Source of the DNA: a virus
Virus record (IMG/VR): IMGVR_UViG_3300045988_068671
Location: 20,518-84,517 of that record
DNA: 64,000 nt
Strand: one strand, 5' to 3'
Translations under genes and position numbers: made by a program
The notes under the pieces: model-generated
Told to the model about the DNA's origin: nothing
What the model saw: only the letters and a program-made list of their open reading frames with translations
Databases searched by the model: none
In this document: piece after piece, positions 13,238 to 23,612 of the stretch
How positions within the stretch are numbered: the stretch's first letter is position 1
Layout of the letters: each line of letters begins with the position of its first letter

Positions 13238-14455
13238 TTATTTCATTTTAGAACCGCATTTACTTACTTTCATTTTAGAACCACAAGCATCCTTCTTAGC
13301 ATACTTTGTTCTATCTGGAACCCATTTTCCATTTTTGAAATTTCCCTTGTGTCCCCTGTTCGCCATAACCTCCTGGTCATTATATTTATTAATTGATACG
13401 GAATCTCTGGACGCTTCATCCTTTGCAGATTTCATATCCTTTTTATACTAAGCTCTTCCAGCTTTGAACTTGTCAACTTCATTAGCTTTCTTAGTAACCT
13501 TAGTTCCTTTCTATGCTTTTTGGCAAGCTTTGCAGATTCTTCCTCCCTGTTTAAAATAAACAAGTTCCTCTCCTTCTGGGCATACTCCTTTTAATTTTTT
13601 ATAGTATTCTAGTTTAGCTCCAAGTCTAGCCATAACTCCGCCTTGCATCTTCTACATAAATTCTTGATACTTGGCTTTGATTCCATCTTCTCCTAATTGC
13701 TGAGCATATTGTTCTAAATCCTACTCAGATTGTAATTGTATTCCTTGTGCTGCGGCATCCTGTATTAAGTATGCCATAAATGCTTTTTGTAATTCTTCCT
13801 AATTAGCCATTGCTCCTCCTTGTTGATATTTAACTCGTTGCTATCTAGCAGTTGCCTTTGGTATATGTTCCCAACTTCTCTAATTTTTGAGCTATTCTGG
13901 AGTTAGTTTCTGCCCATACATATTAGTTGTAGGCGGCTTTATCCATTGTTCTTGGATAGTTCCAGTATGCTCTCCAGTTTCCTAGTCTACTTGATTTTGG
14001 TACGTAGTAGCTCTTTTTCCGTCTTGACTATATGTAACATAGGGATTATTCATTACTGGAGTTCCTACCTCTACTGTTGCTTTCTTTCCATTAGCTAACT
14101 ATGTTCCATACACTCCTTTCCCCCATTTGAATTGAGTTAGTCCTCTCTTTCTGGCTTCTCTAAATGCTGCACCAAACCCCTAGACTCCTCTTAAGTCGTC
14201 GTTTTGAATTTGTTGCTAAGGTGCATTTATTTTCTTAGGAATAGTAGGAGTAGACGGCTTTAATCCTAATATAGGTTTTTGTTGTATAGCTGGCACAGCA
14301 CTTCTTTTCTTCTACTATGCAGTATTTCTAATAGAGTTCGGATTACTTTGCCAAGTCTAATGCAACTGTTGTAAAGTTCTTCCGTCTAACTCTGCGTCTC
14401 CATATATAGTCTTGATATGCTACATTAACTCTGGATCAAATTGTATTTTCGCCAT
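13238..14455 (-). CDS. Gln/Lys-rich hypothetical protein (about 405 aa), TAG-recoded
   Basis: C-terminal piece 13238-13435; continuous frame upstream with many TAG. Confidence 0.45.
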
Positions 14456-14665
14456 TATTCTTCTACTTTAATTAAGTCTTTTGTATTAAATACTGCTTCC
14501 TGCATTAATCCAGAATCAGTAAACCATCTACATCTTAGTCCTCGTAATCCTTGGTTATCTTTAAATAAAGCTGCTTCTCTTCTTAGAACAAGCATAACTG
14601 GAGAGTGCATTACTTTACACTACCGTAAAGTAACACAATCCCCAGGCTTAAAATAAACTTTTTCA

Positions 14666-15283
14666 TCAATTGTTTCCATGCTTCAATTCGTCTCTTCTTT
14701 CAGTTAGTTTCTCATTAACTACAGCCATGATTCTATTCTCATTAACTACTACAAATCCTAGTTTATAGAATGGAACCATACATTCGCTAGCTATTGTATA
14801 AAATACAATATCTCCAGGCTTCAAGAACTCACACTTGTGTCCTACTTCTATCACAGTTCCTACTTTAATAAATTGTTGTTCTTCTTCAATTTCTCCAGTC
14901 TCATTAGATTTATAAGTAGGAGTAAATCCACCTAAATCAGTAATAAGACCACTTTTAGTAGTTTTTATTTTTTGGAATGGGTTTCGTTCAAAAGGTTTAA
15001 TTAATGCATACCCATACATCGGCATAATTTCAAGTCCATTCATATCGTTAGATAATGACTTAGCGTAATCCTCTAGTGCCTGATTATGTTTGGAGAATTT
15101 ATCCTCTAACTCATCTACTGCGGTATTAAACTTCTCTTGTTTTTCTCTTAATAATGTTTGGTCTGCAGCTTCTCCATTTAAAATAAAATGTTCTCCCGTA
15201 CCTTCCATTCCAGTTAATGATAGTGCTAGTTTTTCGTTACTGTTTAATTCTGTTCTTAAAGTTTCCATAATCCATTTTACCAT
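14666..15283 (-). CDS. hypothetical protein (205 aa)
   Basis: complete ORF with TGA stop and no internal TAG. Confidence 0.55.
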   Translation of the reverse strand: MVKWIMETLRTELNSNEKLALSLTGMEGTGEHFILNGEAADQTLLREKQEKFNTAVDELEDKFSKHNQALEDYAKSLSNDMNGLEIMPMYGYALIKPFERNPFQKIKTTKSGLITDLGGFTPTYKSNETGEIEEEQQFIKVGTVIEVGHKCEFLKPGDIVFYTIASECMVPFYKLGFVVVNENRIMAVVNEKLTERRDELKHGNN

Positions 15284-15666
15284 TTACATAAATCACAATG
15301 TTCATCTTCAATTCTTGTTTTATTCTCTAATATACAACCACATTCATCGCACACTTCCCCAACAGATGTTTGTAATTTATGGGAACAAGCGTCACAAATT
15401 TTTAATCTTTTGGTTGCCAAATCTTGATTTATTCCGAATATATTGAAATATATACTTTTCAATATTGTCAAAGGTTTAGTAAATATTGCTTTAATCCACT
15501 TCCATATCATATCTTTTTCCTCCTTTGTTTCCCTATTTATATTTTGGACAGTAAGTATATAATGCTTATCTAGTTTATATAATATAGGAGTTCCATAAAT
15601 TACCATTTCCCTGCTGGACAATGTTTCTTTTCGTTTGGAATCTTCTTCTCTAGTAAACATCCACAT
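15277..15666 (-). CDS. Cys-rich zinc-finger-like protein
   Basis: C-terminal CxxC...HCDLCKW, paralogous to 15600-15815. Confidence 0.45.
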   Translation of the reverse strand: MWMFTREEDSKRKETLSSREMVIYGTPILYKLDKHYILTVQNINRETKEEKDMIWKWIKAIFTKPLTILKSIYFNIFGINQDLATKRLKICDACSHKLQTSVGEVCDECGCILENKTRIEDEHCDLCKW

Positions 15667-15815
15667 CCCTTTATATACCCTTCTTTAGGGCTTATACTTA
15701 TATCATTATTCTTTGGATTTAGATACAAATGCCCATTACATAATCCATTATCTTGGTCACATATTGGACAGCGTCTACATATCTCAAATCTTTCTTCTAT
15801 TTCCTCTAGTGTCAT
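15600..15815 (-). CDS. Cys-rich zinc-finger-like protein
   Basis: CRRCPICDQ...HCPAGKW. Confidence 0.4.
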   Translation of the reverse strand: MTLEEIEERFEICRRCPICDQDNGLCNGHLYLNPKNNDISISPKEGYIKGCGCLLEKKIPNEKKHCPAGKW

Positions 15816-15817
15816 AA

Positions 15818-16732
15818 TTAATATTCAATACGTTGACGTTTTCTTTTATTTTCTGCCAATATAGATTCCTTCTTATAGAAGGCTAGCATTTTTATAACCT
15901 CATCTTTTAGATATGGCAAATGATATACTGTCATATTATCATTATGGTCGAAATGTACCAAAACCAAATCCTCTATTTCAAACTCTGGATTTTTCTTTTG
16001 AATCATCCAAGCATAAGTACTTAATTGTAAAGTATAGTGCCAGTAATTAACATCATCTAAATTATTTAGAGGATATTTCATCTTAACAGAAGTTTTAGTT
16101 TTAGAATTGAAGAAACTCTTAGTTTCTATTTTCTTATTGGTCTTCCAGTCTCCTATAATTATCTTATTTCCTCTTTTAACTAATAAGTCAATCTGTCCTG
16201 CTATTCTTAGCTTTCCATCATCCGATACTCTAGATATTAAATACTCAGGATATACACCATTCTCTAAGTCTAATTCATTGTGGTCTTTTATACACTCGAA
16301 CTTGCCACCTATTTGATATTTACTAAGGTCTATGTTCTGTTTCTTTTTATAGAAAGAGTTTTCCAAATCTGCATGGATTTTAGTTCCCCTCTCGCATGAG
16401 TTTCTATTCTCTAAATCCCAAGCATCTAAGATAGCTTGTTGCTCTTTATTAAACTCGTCTTCTGTAATGTTATGAAGTTCAAGTAGAACTTTATCAAATT
16501 TCTTAGTGTTTAACAAAGACTTTTTTTCTATAGCCCAATCTTCTTTAGGTAAGAGTTTCTCTAGTGCTTTATATGCTGACCAGAACTCCTTATCAAATGG
16601 TTGGGTGAAAGAATGAATTAAAGTCGTTACAGATATAAACTTCTGTTCTGGCTTTGTAACATCATAATAAATATGAGCTTCTTCCTCAAAAGCTATGTTC
16701 CCATTTTGTTTTGTAATTTTACTTTTGTCCAT
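15818..16732 (-). CDS. PD-(D/E)xK family nuclease-like protein (304 aa)
   Basis: motif GQIDLLV...IIIGDWKT. Confidence 0.5.
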   Translation of the reverse strand: MDKSKITKQNGNIAFEEEAHIYYDVTKPEQKFISVTTLIHSFTQPFDKEFWSAYKALEKLLPKEDWAIEKKSLLNTKKFDKVLLELHNITEDEFNKEQQAILDAWDLENRNSCERGTKIHADLENSFYKKKQNIDLSKYQIGGKFECIKDHNELDLENGVYPEYLISRVSDDGKLRIAGQIDLLVKRGNKIIIGDWKTNKKIETKSFFNSKTKTSVKMKYPLNNLDDVNYWHYTLQLSTYAWMIQKKNPEFEIEDLVLVHFDHNDNMTVYHLPYLKDEVIKMLAFYKKESILAENKRKRQRIEY

Positions 16733-16846
16733 TAGTCATAATTCATTTAATCATTTATCACATTTATCTATATTTATTTGATACTTTTCAAGTATATTAA
16801 TATTCTTTGTAAGATACAAATCAATAAATAATACATTATATTAAAA

Positions 16847-17188
16847 ATGTCTAATATGACAAAAATGGTAACATTTGGATGTCCAATTTTTAAAAATGGG
16901 TCAGGCATCCATATTAAAGAGAAAAACAAAGGCAAATTTACTGCCTCTGCTAAGGCTTCAGGATAGTCTGTACAGGAACATGCTAAATCTGTACTAAACA
17001 ATCCTAATGCTACTCCTCTTCAGAAGAAGCGTGCTAACTTTGCTAGAAACGCGGCTAAATGGAAACACGAAGATGGAGCTAAGATACATAAACCAAGTGG
17101 ACATAGATCTATTCTAGATAATGGATGGATTCCTACTACTAGATTAAAGAAAGGAAATTATGGATTAATTAAAACAAGAAAGCAATGA
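16847..17188 (+). CDS. small basic protein with one in-frame TAG (16964-16966)
   Basis: hand translation; ends TGA. Confidence 0.35.
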
Positions 17189-17459
17189 ACGCTGTAGTTA
17201 AATTAATTAAAGAATTTATACTTAAGATATATCTTTATTTACTATTTATATTTAATAAGTAATATGGACTATAATAGAGCAACTCTTTATGCGGCAACAG
17301 GTCGCACTCTCTTACTTCCTGGATGGAGAGGATATTTTTATTGGGATTATTCTAAAAAGGAATTGAATTTCAGAAACGGAGATTATCATTTAGATAATAA
17401 ATAGCTTAGAGAAAAAGGAGTTATGGAGAGAACTGATTGGTACTATATTATATAACAAA

Positions 17460-17500
17460 ATAGGCGAGCCTAGAGATTAGGTTCGCCTATTATTATTTAA
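17460..17500. terminator. hairpin AGGCGA...TCGCCT plus T/A run, possibly a bidirectional terminator
   Basis: seen in sequence. Confidence 0.35.
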
Positions 17501-17694
17501 CATTATACTTTGTATCATAAGTACAAGTGATTCTATTTATGCCATCCTCCCACCAAGGTTTATCTGATGGCTATCTAATACCACTTGGGATGGTTATTGT
17601 AGGAGTAGAAGTTTCTACTATAGCATCTACTATTTTAAATAATGTATCCAAGTCAAATTCTGGAAATTCATTATGTAAGTTTGTCAATGTCTTT

Positions 17695-17931
17695 TTAAAG
17701 TCTATCATATCCCTCAAATGTATTATCAATTATTGCTTTTTCTAGTGTAGTGTCTTTATATAGTCCATTTTTAATTAGATTTCTAACTGAATTGTCAACT
17801 ATATTCCATATATCAATCAGTAATGATTTATTCTCCGGAACACTTCTAAGTGCACTTTCTAAATATCCGGCTTTTATCATATTTATTAGTTGACCATTAA
17901 TAAAGACTTCAAATTTAAATTCTTTATCCAT
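17695..17931 (-). CDS. hypothetical protein (78 aa)
   Basis: ORF track. Confidence 0.45.
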   Translation of the reverse strand: MDKEFKFEVFINGQLINMIKAGYLESALRSVPENKSLLIDIWNIVDNSVRNLIKNGLYKDTTLEKAIIDNTFEGYDRL

Positions 17932-18099
17932 ATATTTTAGTATATTACACTTAGTCTATTTAATTCATCTAGGTAATCTAGAAACCATTGTTCATTTTGT
18001 TTTCCTTCTTCTGCAACAATCTCAATTAAAGATTCTGCTGCTAGGAGTATAGTTTCAGATAACTCTTTTAAATTTGGCTTAGTTAGTTCATTGTATTTA

Positions 18100-18414
18100 T
18101 CAGTCAAGTTTAACATAATCCATCCAGTCTTTTATATATGATTTACATTCCTCTAAATCTGGATAGATACTTGCTATAGTGCAACCTGTTTTTGGATTCC
18201 TAAAATGATGAAGTTTTGCTTCCTCATTTTTCTCCTCTTCTATATTTCTATTTAATGTTCTATTCCAGTAGTTGTATTTCTCATCTAGCATTTCCTTATC
18301 ACATTCTTCCAATATTTTCATATTGGGATTACTCATTATTTTGTCATACTTTCTTTTTAAATTAGAAACTTTGACAACATCATTACCATTCAATACGACT
18401 GCACACTGTTCCAT
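18100..18414 (-). CDS. hypothetical protein (104 aa)
   Basis: ORF track. Confidence 0.45.
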   Translation of the reverse strand: MEQCAVVLNGNDVVKVSNLKRKYDKIMSNPNMKILEECDKEMLDEKYNYWNRTLNRNIEEEKNEEAKLHHFRNPKTGCTIASIYPDLEECKSYIKDWMDYVKLD

Positions 18415-18638
18415 TTCACTACTTTATAAGTACATATCTTACCTATCTGCTTTCCTTGAATACTTATTTGTGGAAGAAAGTAGCAGACTTGATTCTCAAA
18501 TTCTTGAGGTACAAATATGTAATCAAATCTACATCCAACTACCTTATCGCAAACTTTATTCCAATCATCTCCCTCTTCAATAATAAGGGTCTTAGCTCCT
18601 GTTGGAGTTACAGCATAATTCTCATTTAACTTTATCAT
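18390..18638 (-). CDS. hypothetical protein (82 aa); the track ORF's N-terminal extension is tRNA sequence
   Basis: trimmed to Met at 18636-18638. Confidence 0.4.
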   Translation of the reverse strand: MIKLNENYAVTPTGAKTLIIEEGDDWNKVCDKVVGCRFDYIFVPQEFENQVCYFLPQISIQGKQIGKICTYKVVKWNSVQSY

Positions 18639-18655
18639 AACTATTAATTTTGGCG

Positions 18656-18727
18656 TTGCCCTACTAGGATTCGAACCCAGACTAAATGATTTAGAGTCAT
18701 CTGTGCTGACCATTACACCATAGGGCA
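18656..18727 (-). tRNA. amber suppressor tRNA, anticodon CUA (reads UAG); resembles the window's tRNA-Gln
   Basis: full cloverleaf: acceptor TGCCCTA/TAGGGCA, anticodon arm GATGA-CTCTAAA-TCATT, T-loop TTCGAAT; D-arm identical to tRNA-Gln at 33540. Confidence 0.8.
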
Positions 18728-18864
18728 GTATTTATTTCTCTTTTAGAGATTTATTCTCCGCTGCCAATTTCTCTAGTTCTTTCCTTAGCTGTTCGTTTTC
18801 GTGAAATAAAGCCTACATGGTTGCATTTACATTAGCAAGAAGTATTCTTATTTGAGCTATTTGT

Positions 18865-19266
18865 TCATACATATGCTTTCAGTTGTTCTATTTTCATAGT
18901 TACCACATTAGATAATGCCATTCTGAATTTAGTAATTCCAGCTCTTACTGATTCCAATTTTCCACTTTCCAAACATTCTTGAATTTTATTCAGTTCGGAT
19001 TCCCCTAGATATTCGCAGACATCTATAAATAAATCATCATCTAAAGATTCTAAGTATTTCTGGAATTTGCCCACTTCTTCATTAGCTAGACAGCTTTCCT
19101 CTTTCTATCTCTCATAAGATATTAATAAGAATAAAGAATCATCTGTAGATTCCGCTTTAATGGTTAGACCATTACTTGATAGATAATACTCCTAGTTCTT
19201 ATTAATTGCATCAACGAGATTCTTAAACTCGTCCTAATTTAGTAATGTTTCTAAGTCTGTAATCAT
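18865..19266 (-). CDS. hypothetical protein with 3 in-frame TAG
   Basis: piece 18865-19074 extended upstream in frame to ATG 19264-19266. Confidence 0.45.
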
Positions 19267-19585
19267 AATTGTCTCTTTTTTAGTTATATACAACAATACC
19301 TTCTGAAAAGTTAAATACAAAGTTAAAAAATTCTAATTCTAATATTATACATATTTCATTTAGTTATCCGCAAATGGGTACAGGTACTTTATATAAATAG
19401 CCCCCTGGGGGTTTAATAAATTCGGAATTTATATACAGGTGAAAATTACCTAGATTCCGAAAATTATATGAGAGACTGTTATGGCGGTCCACAACCCCTT
19501 TAGTCCCCCCCCTGTATATTGATATAAAACTAAAACAAAAACAAAAGTAACTCACAGTATTAACAAATTAAAAATTTTTAGTATT

Positions 19586-20032
19586 ATGACACTCGAAGAA
19601 TTAAAGAACAGTAATCTCAGCGTAGAAGAACGTGCTAAATCAGTGGTAAACTCATTAGGTTTGGAAGGTAATGAACGTTCAGTTGTTGTCGGCTTGAAGA
19701 AGGGCGATAAGTTCCAGATTGTTGCTATGAACAAAATGGAATTGACAAACAATACACAAAGAGAAGGACAAGCAAGATTTGTGCCCATCACTTTCACAAC
19801 TGACAGCGGTGCATCAATTGGAGCTAAACACTTCGCTGGCGTAACTATCGACGACGAAGCTCCTGCTATTGGTTCTACTCCTTTGGAAAATGCAAATTTC
19901 CTTGTTTGGTGCATTGACCATAAAGTAACATTTGTGGTAAAGAGCATTACCTCTGAGGACATCGAAGCACACGGAGGAGTTCCGGCTTACACCAAGAGAA
20001 CTTACAAACTTGAGGTTGAGGATTACGAGTAA
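19586..20032 (+). CDS. hypothetical protein (148 aa), first gene of the plus-strand arm
   Basis: ORF track. Confidence 0.55.
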   Translation: MTLEELKNSNLSVEERAKSVVNSLGLEGNERSVVVGLKKGDKFQIVAMNKMELTNNTQREGQARFVPITFTTDSGASIGAKHFAGVTIDDEAPAIGSTPLENANFLVWCIDHKVTFVVKSITSEDIEAHGGVPAYTKRTYKLEVEDYE

Positions 20033-20083
20033 AAGATTGGGGAGAAATCCCCTTTCTTTTATATACAAATAATCTTTGTAGTT

Positions 20084-20278
20084 ATGGACACGAGAAAAAA
20101 GTTCAGAACGAAAAAGTGTTTGTATAGCTGGGGAATAATCTATGACCCAAAGACTGGAGAAAAGTTAAATCTCAAAGCTGATAGAGTTTATTGCAAAACT
20201 TCAGAAGCATGGGTTATGACTTATCAAAAGTCAGAAGAAGACATTCCAAAAGTAATAAGAATTGTCTTTGTAGATTAA
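20084..20278 (+). CDS. hypothetical protein (64 aa)
   Basis: ORF track. Confidence 0.35.
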   Translation: MDTRKKFRTKKCLYSWGIIYDPKTGEKLNLKADRVYCKTSEAWVMTYQKSEEDIPKVIRIVFVD

Positions 20279-21071
20279 CACGACTCTCTCGTGTATAAAT
20301 AAGTCAAACGTGCAACTCTAAGGTATTACGAGTATAAATAAAATGCCCATATGAACTCCATCATTGGAACATTGGTCAACGGAGAAATCAACAACAAAAC
20401 AAAAAAAAATCAAAACCGAGTTAACTTTTGTAGTAGTTTTAGTTTTTATGTCTGGCTGATAGGAAAGACTATCATTTCTTTTGAAAATTCAGTTTCACAA
20501 AAGAAAATATGGGCAAGTAAGGAGAAGAATGTTCCACAAACTCAAAGGCAGATTTTCCTACTTTTTCCAGTTTTCAAAAAATCGCCAGTAGGACGAGTTT
20601 TATAACTCATACTACAATGATTATTTACTCTAACATTAGCCTATAAAAAGGCAACAAAAAGCGGGGTTACGCAGATAGCCCAATATCCGAAAATAACTGC
20701 TATTAATGAAAATGAGAGTTCGCAAACTTATCTCATGAGTAAGGAGGATTGAGCTATAAGATTGGTCACTTATAGCAATATATGAAAGTACTGCTGACAT
20801 ACCAGTAGACCATGTATGTCATATTTTTATATGTTATGCAATTGTATTAGAAGTTGCCTGGTATAAGCCGCTAGATTAATAAGGCTAGCTGATAAGAGGA
20901 TACCTCATAAGGGTATATTTCCTACCTCGAACTCAGTCGCAAGAATATGGATTAGCTACCTATATTCTTAGTGAACGTTAGTAACGTAGCTATTTGATTT
21001 TCAGTATAGGAAACTGAGAATTAAGTAGTTGAATAACTCTCTATCTTATACTAGTTGCCAAGATAGAGTTT

Positions 21072-21141
21072 TCCCCATTAGTATAATGCATTGCGCCTTC
21101 CTCTAAAGAAGGAGATTCTGGTTCAAACCTGGAGTGGGGAA
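21072..21141 (+). tRNA. second amber suppressor-like tRNA, anticodon CUA; D-arm atypical
   Basis: perfect anticodon arm CCTTC-CTCTAAA-GAAGG, T-loop TTCAAAC, acceptor TCCCCAT/GTGGGGA. Confidence 0.55.
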
Positions 21142-21284
21142 CTTAGTATTTGAGGACTACAGCTACTTGTAGGCTCTATTTGCTGTTAAGGACTATAATG
21201 GGTACGCCCAGAGACTATGTAATTGTTGTGAAACAATTCAAAGGAGAGTGGCACAGGAAGGTCTTTTGATAGTGTTCATTTTTT

Positions 21285-21310
21285 ATCCCCACAGCGGTGG
21301 GGATATTTTT
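21285..21310 (+). terminator. rho-independent terminator ATCCCCAC-AGCG-GTGGGGAT plus T5
   Basis: seen in sequence. Confidence 0.5.
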
Positions 21311-21404
21311 AAAACTCAGCTTAGGAGAGTATAAAATACCATCTGATGAGACTAGGACGAAATATACTTTGTATATAATGGTATAACTAATTAAAACTAA
21401 GAAG

Positions 21405-21632
21405 ATGAAAAAGAGATATATTATTCCAGATGAATTGAGATATTCCTCAGCAAGTTGTGGTTTTGAATGTCATAACTTTGAAGAAGTTCTAGAATTTGCA
21501 AAATATTTCCATTCTATTAATTGTCCTTTTAAAGTTGATGGTTTATACATTGAGCCAGAAGGACAGCTAATGCCTCTAAAATATTTTTCTGAGCAACGAG
21601 ATATATGGGAATATTTAATGCTTGAGTTTTAG
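21405..21632 (+). CDS. hypothetical protein (75 aa; ends TAG)
   Basis: ORF track. Confidence 0.35.
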   Translation: MKKRYIIPDELRYSSASCGFECHNFEEVLEFAKYFHSINCPFKVDGLYIEPEGQLMPLKYFSEQRDIWEYLMLEF

Positions 21633-21956
21633 ACAATATACAGAACGCCTATCGCTGTAAAGACTGGCAAACGCTCACAAGTTACTGTGAGCAAAAGATT
21701 GCACATGAAGATTGAACGCAGAAACATGTGGGAACTAAAGAAGAGAGGTCAGGCAGTTCAAGGTAGTTCCGCTTAGTGTTTATCCTACTAAGTATCACTA
21801 CACGGTCAGGTTGGAAGACTGACATTTAAAAAACTCAATAACTTCCCAAGACATTGAGGGCACCAGTTTCTTTATTATAAAACGCGCGCAAACTATCTAA
21901 TAGATGTGAGTTGCTGCTCATAAAGTTTTAGGTGTAAAATGCAATACTAGTTATAT

Positions 21957-22292
21957 ATGAAAGAGATAAAAATTCTAGAAACAACAAAAGTTCTCTCTGA
22001 TAGAGAGGCTGATTTACTTTGTTCCATATTATGGTCTTTAGGTATTTATCCAGAGATTACAGCACTTGAAAGGAAAAATAGAAACATTACACTGGCGAGT
22101 ATTCTTCCAGAAATGCAACCTAGGACAGCTAGCCGTATTAGAGCTATGTTGGATGATCAAGTTTATATCTCTCTCAACATTTTCATGGAAAACTATTCTT
22201 GGCGTGATTTCATGAAAATGCCTGGTGTTGGAAGGAAATCGCTAAGTGATTTAAGATCAGTTTTGCAAAAGTACGGATACAAAACATTCTAA
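21957..22292 (+). CDS. hypothetical protein (111 aa)
   Basis: ORF track. Confidence 0.5.
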   Translation: MKEIKILETTKVLSDREADLLCSILWSLGIYPEITALERKNRNITLASILPEMQPRTASRIRAMLDDQVYISLNIFMENYSWRDFMKMPGVGRKSLSDLRSVLQKYGYKTF

Positions 22293-22421
22293 CTCGACTT
22301 CGCGAGTATAAATAGGCTTTAGGCGGAGAGCGGTAGGTAGAATAGTCTACCTACGTAGTGTAAAATACTTGCTATTTAGCAAACAAATGTGTAGTATTCT
22401 ATAAATAAAAATTAAATATTT

Positions 22422-23612
22422 ATGGAAGACAAAGTAAAAGAATTTAGAGACAAAAATCCTATACTAGACTTCCTAGCAGGATTTATTCCTGGAGTTGGAG
22501 AAGCATAGGACGCACATGATTTTATTCATGCCGCAAAAGATAAAGATTATATAAGTATGGGTTTAGCAGCTACAGGCTTAATTATTCCAGGAATCACAGG
22601 AGGGCAAATAAAGAAACTTTCAAACGTTTTAATAAAGAAAGGTTGGCGAGAAACGAAGGGAAGAATATTTGACCCATAGGGAGTTGAATACATTAGGAAT
22701 AAAGAAGGAAAACTTCAAAGCTTATCATCTTACAAACAGACTCAAGCCGTAGAAAAAAGAATTGAGGAAAATAAGTCTAAGGCTAAAGCCAGATCTAATC
22801 AACAAAAGAAAGTAATCAAAGAACATAACGAAGAAGCAGAAAAGTTTAGACTTCGAACGGGACTTGATTATTCTTTAGAAAATTGGCAATCACTAGCTTC
22901 AGGACATAAGATGTCACAAGAGGAAATAGACTTATTCACCAAAAAAGCTTTTCCCTAGTTTGTTCAAACTTATAATGAACTAATTAAGTCTGGTAAGCTG
23001 ATAAGATAGCCTAGTGGAAGATATACTGCTAATGGAAGGAAGAATCTAAGCAACATAGAAACTATGTATTATATCTAGGCAAACTCTCCTCAAGGTAAGA
23101 ATCTTTTATATAATGGTATCACAATGAGGTCTGGAATTAAGGATAAACATAGTTTTGAAACCGGAAAAAATAACCAGAATTATGAGAAATGGTTCAGTTC
23201 TAATCCCAGAGGAGCAAAAGCTTACGGAGACTTTGCAATCTGGGGACTACCAGTTAAACCTTCTATAATTAATCCCAACTGGGATGACTAGATTAGGCTT
23301 ATAAAAAGGCAGAAAGCTAATCCATCTTCTAATAATTGGGCAGGAGGTCCAATAGGTGCTTATTTAAGCAAGGATAGAGCACGTTCTGTAAATATGTCTG
23401 AAGGTGTTCTTACAGACGATTATGCAACATAGGTTCTTAATTCTGACCCTATAAAAGGAGTATTTACTATAGTAGGTCCAGATATTCCTGTAAAATCTGT
23501 ATTTGGAGGATCTGGAATGTATGATGTTAGTCCCAAAAAGCTATATAATCCATTCTTATCTCTTACCATGATGGGAATGCTAGGTTATAAACATTTAAAT
23601 AAAGATGAATAA
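22422..23612 (+). CDS. hypothetical protein (about 396 aa) with 7 in-frame TAG, in a region the ORF track shows as empty
   Basis: single frame ATG-to-TAA, length divisible by 3; TAG at 22506, 22677, 22956, 23007, 23076, 23289 and 23430. Confidence 0.55.

Noticed and set aside
1-15000. Late-arm genes being pseudogenes, or TGA rather than TAG being reassigned
   Set aside because: Frames are interrupted only by TAG, resume in the same frame, end at TAA or TGA with lengths divisible by 3, and CUA suppressor tRNAs are encoded
778-15446. Plus-strand track ORFs in the late arm (778-1014, 3457-3756, 11031-11282, 11890-12117, 14441-14656, 15090-15446)
   Set aside because: Antisense to TAG-recoded minus-strand genes; low-complexity or hydrophobic shadow ORFs
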